Shown piece after piece: positions 40,893 to 53,479 of a stretch of 64,000 nucleotides of DNA; position 1 is the stretch's first letter, and every line of letters begins with the position of its first letter. Source of the DNA: Lama guanicoe. Taxonomy: Eukaryota. Under the pieces are notes generated by a model. That model was not told the DNA's origin. It made no database searches and worked only from the letters and a program-made list of their open reading frames with translations. The stretch is taken from the NCBI GenBank assembly GCA_013239625.1, contig MU056050.1:3086084-3150083 (forward strand), given 5' to 3'. A program made the position numbers and the translations under genes.

Positions 40893-41439
40893 CTGTAAGA
40901 AAACAAGCCATACATGAACTTATTCCAGACTTGCCAAGAAGGTCTCTAAACCAGCTGTCCCTTTCCATCTAAAAATGCCATGACTGCTTGTCTTTTAGTT
41001 AGGCCAGGCAAGTTGGAGTTGATATATCACACATGTAGCTACTTTTCTAAGTAGCGGTTAAACTTTTGAGGTTGAGGCTATCCCAGCGATAGGATTAGAA
41101 ATTGGAATATTAGTTAAACAGTTATGGTGGGATTGGACTCTGCTCCTTCGTGCTGTGACCCTTTCCTTTTCCATTTCCCTTAGTCTTGTAACTCTACTTT
41201 GCATATAGAAACTGCAGAGTAATAGTGGACAGACTATTGTGAGAACATGGGAGACCTCCTCTGTGGCTCTCATTCAATTCAGTTCAGCAAATATTTCCTA
41301 AGTGCCTGGTCTGCATAAGGTCCTATGATAGCCGCTGCAGATGTTAACATCTAAATGTCTATTGGGGTAGGAGTTGGATGTAATAAAAGTATAAAATAAC
41401 TATAATATGCAGAATAATTGACATGATAAAGGTTTTTAT

Positions 41440-42030
41440 TGTTGCCATAGGATTGAAAAATACTCAGTGTTGATCAGCATGCAGGAAAATGGGCACTCTC
41501 ATGCACTCTTGCTCAAAGTATTAAATCACCAATCACCTTTTTGGAGGGCAATGTGGCACCATTTAGCAAAAAGACTTAAAATTTGGCTTACCCTTTAAGC
41601 CAACAATTCACTTTCTATTAATTAACTACAAATGTGTACCAAACTACAAATCTATCCATTGTAATATTTAAAAACGAATAGAAAGTTATGATCAATCTGA
41701 ATATTCATCAAAAGATTAATTAAATAACTGATGATATTATAAATAATACAAGATTAAGTGGTTATTAAATCTTGTTGCAGAAGACTATGAAATGAAATGA
41801 GAAATATTTATGATGCATCAAATGAAAAACATGAGGCTACTAACCAGTATGAATAGTATGGTCTACACTGTGTGTGTGTGTGTGTGTGCATGTGTGTGTA
41901 TTTACATACGTTGCTGTCTGGAGAAAGGGTTGGGGGGATATATAGCACCAAGTTAACAGTATAGGAGGCGTATGGAGGATTTTAATTTTCTTCTTTATGA
42001 TTTCTTTACTTTCTCTATTTTTTACCATGA
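41440..42030 (+). mobile_element. Old L1ME-type 3' end, containing (TG)n
   Basis: ggaaaatgggcactctcatgcact...cctttttggagggcaatgtggca...; degenerate. Confidence 0.6.
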
Positions 42031-42099
42031 ACAAGTATGATGTTTGCCATCTGGGGGAAAAAAGAAATTTTTGTTTTAAAAGAAATGATTTAAAGAAAC

Positions 42100-42762
42100 A
42101 ATAGATTAAAATAGGCTTGGTTGATCAGGGATGACTTAAGGAAGGAAGCTGAATTAGAGATGGGCCTTGAAGAATGTGTGGGGCAGGTGACAGCAATGGG
42201 TGGAGTGAGGGGGCAGACTGAACAAAGTATGACTTTGTAAAGCACAGGGTGTATTTGAGGCAAAGAAAGTTGCTGGGGTTGGTTGGAGTTTAATTATGCA
42301 TGAAAGTTCATGGAAGTTAAAGCTGGAAGTATAGATGGGGCCATATTGTAGATGACAATGAATGCCACACTTAGGTATTTGGATTCAACTGACTGGGTAA
42401 CAGGGAGGCATTGCTATTTTCTGAGCAGATGAGTAATATGATCAATTTTCTTTAGGAAGATTAATTTGATAGCAATAAGGAGCACTGATGATTTCTAGGC
42501 AAATAAATATCACCAGAGCACCCTTTGTAGAAAGAGAAATCCAGTAGTCGTGTGGAGAAGGAGGAATTAGAGGCCTAAGGATTTGGCAAGAATATAAATT
42601 GTGATGGCATTGCAATAATCTAGGTGAAAAATAATAAGTATCTCAATTAGGGCAGTGGCAGTGAGAACACAAAGAAGGCAATTCCTTAAGGAGAAATTGC
42701 ATAAATGTCATCTCAAGATTTGGCAAAAAGCTCTGTGTATGAGTGTATATGTGTGTGTGTGC

Positions 42763-42798
<36 letters not shown>

Positions 42799-43230
42799 GT
42801 GTGTTGGGGGCGTGCAGAGGAAAAAGTGATGGAAAGGGAAGAATCCAAAATGGTTAAGGTTTTGAGTCTGAGTAACTGAAAGAATGGTGGAACCATTAAT
42901 AGAGTTAGGGAATCTGGCACTTAGCCCAGCACTAGCTACAAATAGTTGGTACTGGATATGTGTTTGTTGAATGCTACTGGTTGGTTTGAGGAAGGGTGGG
43001 GTGATAGAAGGAATACAATGAATCCATCTTTGCAGATGCTGGGTTCCAGGGACTGATGGACTACCTAGATAGTCATGTTAGACACTGGCGTTGGAAATTC
43101 TGGAAAAACATTCAGGCTAGGACAAGACTACAGAACCATATACGCACATACACAACAGTTAGAGTGAGAATGAATGAGATCACTGAGTGGAGTGAATGTT
43201 ATAAGAAAACAATGCTTAGGACAGAAGGTG
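42100..43230 (-). mobile_element. L2 fragment
   Basis: Purine-rich antisense L2 text, e.g. tttaggaagattaatttg and ggttttgagtctgagtaactgaaagaatggtgg. Confidence 0.65.
42750..42795. repeat. (TG)n microsatellite with CG interruptions
   Basis: Direct reading. Confidence 0.95.
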
Positions 43231-44849
43231 GAGAAATTCTTTTATTTGTTTTCTCACTGTAATTTTCAACAACAACCAAATCTTTCCTAAAGGCAAAAAA
43301 AAAAAAAAAAGTGGATCTGCTCATAAGCCAGCTCATATTTTCCTTTATGTTCCTAGGCAGACTGAAAGGGGCTAATTTGTATGTCTAACATTCATATATA
43401 GCATGTGAATTAGCAACCGAGAACAGGAAAGCTAGCCAGATAGCCTACTTAAAAATCATTCATCCACTTTTAGTTGAGCTAAAGAGAATTCTAACACCTA
43501 CCTTCCAATTTATCCTTAAAACTTTAAAGCATTTAATTGGTTCTACCCTTTTCTTTGGATTAAGGCCAGTGCTGCCTGATGAATTTCTCTTGTAATTATT
43601 GGAAACAATTGAGACTCAAATGATACTGGTTCTGAGTAAAGCACAGTATGCCATGCTAATAGAGCTTTATTAGTGGCTTCCCTGAGATTTCCTTGCCAAA
43701 AGACTCAAAGTACGGTTGGTTTAACATACTCACTCCAATTAAAGGTGTTTATCAGTTTTATAGAGAATTTAGTCTACTCTGCTCCCCAAATAATTTGAAT
43801 ATGATGGATATTAGAAGTTACATTGAAAACGTGTTTTGACTTCCTTGGTTCAGTTATTTTTTTGAAATTAGATGCACCATAAGGAGCAAAAGGCATAGTG
43901 GTTCTTATTTTGAAGATCAAGGGGGCTATTTTATATGCTTTATTTAAGTCAAGCCAGTCTCCTGAGGGTACTCAACAATGAGAGAGAAAATACATATGCT
44001 GAGAATCACTTCAAAATAATAAAGTAAGATTTAATTTTTCACCATCAAATGAAATGGACTGCTTCTAGCCAATCATGACAAATAAAGAGGTATGCACATT
44101 TAGTAGAATACCCTTTGAGGGTGGAAAAACTTCATAATTTTTTGAATTTACTTATGTTTTTTCCAGGCAACAAGCTGTTGTAAGGTACTTCTGCATGAAT
44201 ACATAATGAAAGTGAACTTTCTTGCTACAGACTATGGGTACCATGACAAAGCTACTGGTCTTTTCTCTCCTCCATACTGAACTTCCATATGCTGTGTTGT
44301 GAAAGGAAATCAAGTAGTGCATTTATGTGTGGGGTAGACTGAGGTAACTAAATGACTCCAGTGTTTGAGTTCTATTAGAAATAAATCATATTTTGTTCAT
44401 ACTAAGACCAATACATGAAACTGTGTTGAATGTTGGGATATATCAACACACCACTAGAAAGATATGGCATTACTTGTACCATGGGGATGGATTTATTAAT
44501 TCATTCAAAAAATATTTTCAGAGCATATGCTGGGCACACTGGGAATGTTGGGAAATACAGGAAAAGGCAGTAAACATCCAGGACAGCAAAGGTACTGGCT
44601 GACCAATGTGGACACTGAATACAAACAACCAATATAACCTAGCTAGGACACACTGGTTGCACATCAGTCTTGGATACATGATGAAGATCCAGAGTCTTTA
44701 GCTTTAGTGGATCACCACCTATATCTTTGCTATGTATTTATAGCCACACTTTTAGGCAAGCCCCAAACCCAAGTATAAACATTATGAGCCCACTGGTTAG
44801 AGTTAAGGGTATAACTGGTAATGAACAAGCAGGGCAGTGTTAACTTATA

Positions 44850-45300
44850 TTCATATATTGATTCAACAAGTATCTCTTGAGTGCCTACTTTGCACCAGGC
44901 ACTGTTTTTCTAAGATTACAGTAGTGAATAAAAAAAAAAAGCTCTATCCTCCCAGAACTTATATGATACATGAGAGGGTGGTGAGTTAAGAAAGGCTGAA
45001 AATGAATAACTATATGATATAATACAGCTGTAACAGAAACAAAGAAAAAAATAAGTGAAATTATGTTTGGTAGTTATAAGTGCTATGAAGGAAAAAAATA
45101 AGTCAGAGTAGTCAGGGAAGGTGTCTTGGAGGAGGTAATATTTGAACCAAGATTTGAATTGAAGCCATAAGACTAGTTGAAAAACCTCCTAGGAAGAAGG
45201 AATAGCAGTTACACAAAACCCTGAAGTCTTGGATGGAATATATGAGGAACACTAAGGAGCCCAGTGTGACCAGAGCTGACAGGAAAGAGAAGATTGGTAG
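44850..45300 (-). mobile_element. L2 3' fragment
   Basis: attcaacaagtatctcttgagtgcctactttgcaccaggcactg...gataagtgctatgaagg-like text...gtcagggaagg. Confidence 0.7.
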
Positions 45301-45425
45301 GAAAACTCAAAAACAGAAGGATTGGACTCATAATCCTATAATCTCTGTGCTCTAACCGACTTCACAAACTGGTCACCAACAAACTATAAGTGAATAGAAA
45401 GTAATGAAACTAAAATCACACATAT

Positions 45426-45427
<2 letters not shown>

Positions 45428-45479
<52 letters not shown>
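45428..45479. repeat. (CA)n microsatellite
   Basis: About 26 perfect units. Confidence 0.98.
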
Positions 45480-45480
<1 letters not shown>

Positions 45481-46184
45481 GCATTGCTAGTTATAATAGA
45501 TCTAATACAAAACTCCTGACCCCAAGTAAAGTAAAAGTTCCTTTTCCTAAAAACATGTATAAAAATATACATCCTCAAAGAGTAGAGATGGACACTATCC
45601 AGATCTCTGAAGAAGTAACAGTTCAGTTATTCGCACTTCACTGACATTCAATGGCTGGACAGAATGTGTCTGCCTACTCAGATATTCCATGAGTAATGTC
45701 TTTTCAGCTGATTAAGAATGGCAGTCCCTAATGCTGCCCTCACAAATGTTCCTTAGTGCTGAGTCCTGTAGATTTTATAATTCTTATCCTTCTTGTTTTA
45801 TTCAATTGCAAAGAGCTATGCTCTGAAATTATAAATTTATTACAAAGTTAAGGTATCAAATGGAGTATCTCGCTGTCCCCAATTGTCAAACTCAATCAAG
45901 CATCTTGGATCTCAAGGCAGACTGACTTATGAGAAGAAGCTCTTCTTAACTTGCATATTTGTTTAGGCTGAACCTCCAAGTCTCTCTGCAGTTATTTCTC
46001 TGGACTCTCTGTTAGGATGCTGGTCTTTGTTTCTCTTAAATGTGGCTGATGGTCTCTAGTACTATAATCAATAGTGCTTCCCCAATTCCATGCCCCTTCA
46101 AAAGGCAAGTATTCACTTATAAGGGAGAGACTACAGGAATGCTTCAGAAGTAGATGTAAGAAAGACGTGCTCAATGACCTAGGT

Positions 46185-46466
46185 CTGTATGTTCAATATG
46201 GCAGCCACTCACCACATGTGTCTGTCAAGCATTTGAAATGTGGCTAGTCAGAATCGAAGACGTAGTATGAAAGAAAGACTGTAAACTATCCAATTATAGT
46301 TTTTACACTGATCACATGATAAAGTGATATTTTGGATATATGCTTCATAAAATTAAAAATTTATTTAAATTAATTCCATCTGTTTATTTTTACTTTCTTC
46401 ATGTGGCAACTATAACATTTAAAATTACATCTGTGGTTTGCATCGTATTTCTATTGGACAGTGCTG
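46185..46466 (+). mobile_element. MER33-like hAT-Charlie MITE
   Basis: caatatggcagccactcaccacatgtg...gcatttgaaatgtggctagt...atttctattggacagtgctg. Confidence 0.8.
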
Positions 46467-46819
46467 ATCTTGACTATCTAGAACAAAGAGGTACGGTGTT
46501 TCTCTTTTAGCACCCTGTCACAGAACCTACCATGCTACATTGAAGATGCCTATTTATATGTCTGCCTCATCATTTTCAAGCATTGAAAGGGCATTGTCAT
46601 GTCTTTTTCATCTTTTTATTCCTGGTGCCCAACTCAATGCCTGGTAGTTAAGGAATACTCTGCTTTATATATACATGCTGATAGGACTGTAAAGTGGTAA
46701 GTAGCTTTGGAAAGCAATTTTGTGAATGCTATTGATTATCTATCAAAATTTAAATTAGGAATGTTCCTTGACCAAGGAGTTCTACTTCTAGGATTCTGCA
46801 CTAAAGAAATAACAACATA

Positions 46820-47828
46820 CAGGCATACTTTGCTTTATATTGTGATTCACAGATATTGTGTTTTTTGCAAATTGAAGGTTTGTGGCCATCCTGTGTCCAG
46901 TAAGTCTATCAATGCCTTTTTCCAACAGCATTTGCTCACTTTATGTCTCTGTGTTACAGGTTGGTAATTCTCACAATATTTCAAAATTTTCATTATTATC
47001 ATTTGTTATGATGATCTGTGATCAGTGATCTTTGATGTTACGACTGTAATTGTTTTGGGGCACCATGAACCACGCCCATAAGACAGCAAACTTAATTGAT
47101 AAAAGTTGTGTGTGTTCTGACTGCTCCACTGACCAGACATTCCCCCATCTCTCTCACTCTCCTCAGGCCTCCCTATTCCCTGAGACACAACAATACTGAA
47201 ACTGGACCAGTGAACTCTACAATGGCCTCTAGGTATTCAAGCGAAAGGAAGACTCGCAAGTCTTTCACTTTAAATCAAAAGCTAGAAATGATCAAGCTTA
47301 GTGAGGAAGGTGTGAATGCAAAGCAAAAGTTCTTAAAGAAAAGTAAAAGTGCTATTCTAGTGAACACACAAATGATAAGAAAGCAAAACAGACGTATTGA
47401 TACAGAGAAAGTTGTAGTGGTCTGGACAGACGATCAAACCAGCCACAACATTCCCTTAAGTCAAAGCCTAATCCAGAGCAAGGCCCTAACTCTTTTTAAT
47501 TCTATCAAGGCTTAGAGTGGTGAGAAAGCTGCATAAAAAAATGTTTGAAGCTAGCAGAGGTTGGTTCATCAGATTTAAGGAAAGGAGTCACCTTCATAAT
47601 ATAAAAGTGCAAGATGAAGCAGTAAGTGCTGATGTAGAAGCTGCAGCAAGTCATCCAGCAGAGCTAGTGAAGATAACTAACGAGCTGGCCACACTGAACA
47701 ACAGATTGTCAATGTAGACGAAGCAGCCTTCTACTGGAAGAAGATGCCACCTAGGACTTTCATAGCCAGAGAGGAGAAGTCAATGCCTGGCTCCAAAGCT
47801 TCAAAGAACAGGCTGACTCTCTTGTTAG
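46820..47828 (+). mobile_element. Tigger1 DNA transposon, 5' ~1 kb, with a disrupted transposase
   Basis: TA|caggcatac start. ATG at 47222 gives [30 protein letters not shown]...[24 protein letters not shown]. Stop at 47513-47515, a second stop and a frameshift precede [23 protein letters not shown]. Truncated after RLTLLL. Confidence 0.95.
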
Positions 47829-50800
47829 AAAGAGAACTGGAAGGATTAATACCAAGCTATTAACCTTTAGAGTGGGGAGCTGGGGGAACTTCAACATTTT
47901 CATGCTATAGTTAGAATCCTTCAAAATGATACTGTGTTCATGTATTGCTGTATAACAAAAAAAAATACTAGATGCTCAACAAACTGCTTTTAAAGCTAAA
48001 TGGATAAATGCATTGTTTTATTCCATTTCTTTTATTTTTGTTTTCTGTTTAAAATAGAGCTATTCAAAACATTTTAAAGCAGCAGAACAATTCAGCAATT
48101 AAATATGAATAACCCCCAAACACACAAAACAAATAAAACAGAACTCTTTTGATTGAAAGGAATTGAGAGCCCCAAAGCCTTGCCCAAAAGCTCCAAAGGT
48201 ATAGTTTGAAATGTACTGGTTTAAAAATTTTTTCTCAAAATGTTTAAATAAGGAAAATCTGGGTGCTGGGAAGAATTATTTTTAGGCAATGAAATTCATT
48301 GGAATATCTTTATAATGCTAGTGTCAGAAGATATGAAACCTTCCACGTTATTTTGTACCTTTTGGTGTTTTGTGTCCACTCTCTTACAGATAATATTCAA
48401 ATCCACCGAATAACAATGTAAATAAGGTTCTGATAATAAATACACAAGTAATCCCTGAAATTGCAATATTTGTAAAGCAAATACAATGTTGCTTTAAAGA
48501 AATTCATCCTGCATCTCAGAACGCACACATTCAGCTAAGGATGCTATATTTTTTATTGCAAGAATTTTGGTGTTATTTTTTAATTTGACTAAGTAAATCT
48601 ATTTAGAAAGTTTGAAATCTGTCTTATAAAGAAACTCTTGCCCATTATAGATGATGTCATAAGTTTCAAATCATGGCAAGACAAAAAGCATGTGATATTT
48701 TTCAAGATAATTTGTTTTGCCTTTTTGTCAGCACTTTTTTCCCCCACCAGTTCCCTTACATATCTTGCTTCATGTTCCTTCAGGCTAAGGAATGCTACTG
48801 CTTTTGTACTTTACTTCCAAAGCTTGTCAAAGCTACAGATCTACTTGTATGTTGGACAGTTCCCTTCCTGAAAATTATATCAGGTACAATACCTAGATGG
48901 TGACCTCCAATGACTTCAGACTTTCAAGTTAACTCCTACGGGAAGCAGTCTTACCAGACTGATACTTCAGTGGACATCGTGTGAAGCTAGAGGCTTCCAC
49001 AATAAGAAAAATCACTGCAAAAATAAATGCTACTTAAATTAAATGCAGTGACTGCTAACATTACAGAAACCTGGTTATCTTTCCACCTTAAAAGAAATCC
49101 CATTTTCATTACATTAAACATCAAATTGGTATATGAGTGAACTATAGCCCTTTGATAAATTACCTTCAGATCTTGGTTTTATCCTGGTAATAACCAGATT
49201 ACATGCAGGATTGAAAACCATTAGTTTTCAGAGAAGCATTTTTCAAGAACTGAATAAAGAAAGTAATGCATGTTTATTTATGGTACCTTACTTTTGCCTC
49301 AGCAATTTCATTCAAATTTTCTCTTTTTTTCCCAGGGTTATACATATACATTTTCTACTAAAAATATTATCTGTGCTTGCACGACATCGTGAACATAAAT
49401 AAAACATGTTTAAATGTTTCTTTTCAAAGCAATTTGAGGGGAGTCAATATAGCTTTGAGATCCCTTTCAAACATTTTTAAAAGCCCGAAAAGCTATCATC
49501 TCAGGAATGGGTAGAATTTCCTTTGAAAGAAGGACTTCACTAATTAAAAAAAAATAAGTACAAAAAAAGCACATTTTAATTTGAACAGTTTCACATAACA
49601 TATTTTGCTAGTCTGCCATGGTGAAACAGTAAAATTAAATGCCAGTTAAAGAAAAGACTGAGACAGTACAACAGAGGTAATGAGGACACCTTTCTTCTTG
49701 CTCCACATGTTTGAATTCCTACATTTCTTCTCTTAAATTAAATGAAATATTCTCTATTGCAGCATACTTTTTTTTGGTCTCAGTACGGTTCTAGTTTTAT
49801 CCAATATCGAGGCTAGAAAAGATTCTATCAAGGTAATAAATCATTTTAATACCCCAGTTCTATATTATATTATCTTAAAACTTTCATTTACTATGTATTT
49901 TATATTTTCCATTCCAAGGCTGCAGCAATATTTATAAATAACATGTCTATTTGGGTACCTTATCACAGGTTTAATATATGATCTCCATGTGCAGTTGCAT
50001 AACCAGCCCATCTGTGTATTCCTTATCAGACAGACACAATTATTTAGTGTTTTCATCTCAAGTCACAGCACCAATAAGTGCGCTCCATAACTCAAATCTT
50101 ATTTACTTTTGTATTATTATTTGCTTTGTGGAGTGAGGAGGAATAAGCAACATGCTAATGCGATAACCCCCGCCCCCACCAAAAAAACTCTTAATGAATA
50201 ATGCATCAAAAATATCAGTTTAGCTGGGAATCAGCACTTTTGATTCTTCCTTAAAATTTTCTTTTTCTTTCTCATTTTACTTCGTTTTCTGCTTAGTGAA
50301 TTCTCCCCTTTGCTATGGTCCAAACCACTGCCTATCACTTCTTCATTACTGATGGTGGAAGTCTCTTAGATTCCAAATAGTCTCTCACCCTCTTTCCTGG
50401 TTGAATGCTTATTGGCAATAATAGCCATATTCTTTCAAAAAGATCCAAATAAAACTGGTGATTATGGAGGGTGAGAAATAGAACTACACAGAAGCTCTGT
50501 CCTCCTCTTACCTACTTGTCCTGTATATATTTAAATTTTAAAAATGGGTATGTATTCGTTGATTTATGTCCCCAACCCCTCATAACCAATGCTTTGAAAC
50601 TCACTTTTCTGATCTGGCATCGTGTTGTCATAGCCACAGACACACAGCATGTGTGCTTCTGCAAACCTTTAGATCTTAAAACTCTTTCCATTACCTGATT
50701 ATTCAGAGTTAGCATTAAAGAATAGGGCTTATATGAAGTTGGGGAGTCAGGAGATACAATAGAGAAGGTGGAAAACAGATGAACAGTAGGAAACTATAGC

Positions 50801-51129
50801 TGGGAACGTACCAAACCCTTGTAACTGGCCTTATAAGATTTCATCAGACGGGGGCAATACAGAGAATGAATTGGTGGATTGTATAATGGCCCAGTTTGTT
50901 CTGAGTTTTCTGAGGTGGCATCATGAGAGCGTTATTTTGGAAGAGTCAGCAATGTTTGGGCTTGATTCATGATTAAGATCCTCAAGCCTTCCCCCGCCCT
51001 TTCATGCAATAATTATTTGTTGGCTAATTACTATGTATGGGACACTGGTCCTAAGTGTTGAGGATACAACAGTAACTGCTTGGGTACAAAAACCCTTGCC
51101 CTCCCGGAGCTTACACCCTATCTAAAGGG

Positions 51130-51405
51130 AGGCAGTTGTCACATGGTAGTTAAGAGTGGGGCCTCTGGAGTAGAGGTGTCTTGTTTAAATCTCAACTTTG
51201 CTACATTTAGTACCAAAGTGACCTTGGGCAAGTTACTCAATCTCTGTGTCTCAGTATCTTCACTATAAAATGTGTATAATAATAGCACCTTCCCTGTAGG
51301 GTTCTAGTGAGGACCTTGTGAGTCAGTATGTAAGGTATGTAAGGTACCTAGAAAAATGCCTGGTATGTAATAAATGCTCCATAAATGTTAGCCATTATTA
51401 TTAAC
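51130..51405 (+). mobile_element. Near full-length MIR SINE
   Basis: gtgaccttgggcaagttactcaatctctgtgtctcagt...gcctggtatgtaataaatgctccataaatgttagccattattatt. Confidence 0.88.
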
Positions 51406-52087
51406 TCTGGTTAATCGTCCCCTTACACTAGCCTTTCCAAAACCATCTTGGAAGTGGAGAAAGGCAGACAGTCATTTGCCCATTGCATCCTCTGCTTTCT
51501 TGACCTAAAAGAGATTTGTGTTGTTACATGTTTTTGGAGAGAACAATATAGAGGGACTCAAGTCTCTGAGAGAAGTGCAGCTGCCACCTTCACATGGCTG
51601 TAGAGCAGAATTACAACAAATGCACACCTCACCTGATGTCCTAATTCCAAATCCTTGACTTAATTTAGAACTTTCATTTCTCTTTTCACCCCCACCAACA
51701 TCCCCCAACCCTGCTCATTTCCTTTTCTCCATCATCATGATCACTGAGGTTTGGAAGTTGTGAACTTGGGGTTCTCTTGATAGAAGGTTTCCAGAAATCA
51801 GAGCCTCCCCAAGATTTGTAAAGTTCTCATCATTTCTTAGTAGAGTGCACTTTCTATAAAGGTTAGCAGAAAGTTGTTAGAGTCTCATTCTATGAAACAT
51901 AACTGAGAATTCTCACATAGCCATATGGTATGGAATGGGTCCCAAGAAAATTTTCAGCTGAGTTACCCAACATAAGTATGCATTCCTGGGTGATGGATGC
52001 ACCTCTAGTAAATTGATCTGTGCAGGTAAGGGACTCTGTCTGTAACATAATAAAATCATGGTATGTTAGAGATCAAAAAGACCACAG

Positions 52088-52685
52088 GCTAATAGAGTAT
52101 AGTTTAGAAAAGAAGGAGGGAGTAACTTTACAGAGGAGAAACATAGAAACGCTACTTCAGCCAAGCGATCAAGGCTAACATCATCGGTGATAGCATGTAC
52201 ATGATAGCATGTATCCTTGGCAGGATGTGATGATAATGGCATCTTTGTGTTCTTCCTCCTCCAAACCCATTAATCCCAGTCCTAAACATGAGACCAACAC
52301 TGGCAAAACTCAAATTGAGTGACATTCTGCAAAAAACTTGATCAGTGTTACTAAAAACTGTCAAGTCATCTAAGAAACTGTCACAGACTAGAGGAAACTA
52401 GGGAGACACGACACTTAATGTAATATCCTATCCTGGAACAGAAAAATGACTTTGGGGAAAGGCTGGTGAAATGTGAATCATGCATAAGTTCAGTGAATAG
52501 TAATATTCAATGTAGGTCTCTCAGTTGTGACAAATGTACCATGGTGACATAGAATGTGAGTAACAGGAGAAACCAGATGAGAAGTATATGGGGAATTTTC
52601 TGCACTATCTTTGCAACTTTTCTGTAAATCTAAACTTGTTCTAAAATTAAAAGCTTCTTTTGGACAGAAAAAGAAAAAAAACCAG
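52088..52685 (+). mobile_element. L1MC-type 3'UTR inserted into a MIR, with surviving TSD
   Basis: agtaactttacagaggagaaac...cagccaagcgatcaaggctaacatca...ttgcaacttttctgtaaatctaaa. Flanking repeat aaagaccacag at 52077-52087 and 52686-52696. Confidence 0.8.
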
Positions 52686-52854
52686 AAAGACCACAGACCA
52701 ACCATTTGGTTCAATCTCCTCATTTTGCAGAAGAGGAAACTGAAAGCTGGAGCGCTAAGCCTTTGCCCTAGGACACACAGAGACCAGCTTCTTTCTTATT
52801 CAGGATCAAGAAAGGATGTGATCCATTTCTGCTAGTCATTGACATTTTGTACTG

Positions 52855-52970
52855 AAGTAATTTGGCTGGAATATTGGGCTAATGAGGCCAATGTTATAGG
52901 TTAAATTTTTATGCCAACCAGTTGCTTTTGCATAGAGGAAAACTCTGCTCTTTGCCCACAGAATGATAAC
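52855..52970 (+). mobile_element. Possible MamSINE1-like ancient tRNA-derived SINE
   Basis: gggctaatgaggccaatgttataggtt...ccagttgcttttgc resembles the recalled MamSINE1 head. Confidence 0.45.
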
Positions 52971-53479
52971 TCAGACTAATTTCATTCATCCATCTCAGGT
53001 AAGTTCATAGGAGAGAACTAACAATCTACCATCAATTCAAAATACAAGAACATCAGTAGAATAATCCTTTTATATGGACACTTTGGTTATTTTATTGGAT
53101 TACTGGGTTACATGTAACTGAAGTCATATATACAGCATACATTTTCTACTGCATTTATAATCCCTTTTCCCTTTTATCTCAGCCTTTTTAGCATTTCTGT
53201 TAAAACTGATCACTTTGTTGTCCAAAGCCCTGTTTTCTATTTTTGAAACAGGTTCAAGTTTTGCTGTAAAGAAAAGGTAGGCTGTGAGAAGTTTACAGAA
53301 CTTCACATAATTACCAAAAATGGGCCTAAGTGATTTTTTTTTTAACTATTTCCTAAAATGTCTTGTCAGGGTATCAGGAAATGTGGGAAAAGAATACGGC
53401 AGTCTATCAGGTTTTTTCCTCTTATGATTGAAGATTGTAATTTGATTCTTTTACATTCAATGTTAAAATAATGCAATTT

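Noticed and set aside
31268..45578. His-Thr / Val-Cys repeat ORFs
   Set aside because: Translations of (CA)n/(TG)n microsatellites.
47096..47717. ORFs of 139 and 66 aa as a domesticated Tigger (TIGD1-like) gene
   Set aside because: There are in-frame stops, a frameshift, an apparent ~20-codon deletion after KLSEEG and 3' truncation before most of the DDE domain, so this is a decayed Tigger1 fossil.
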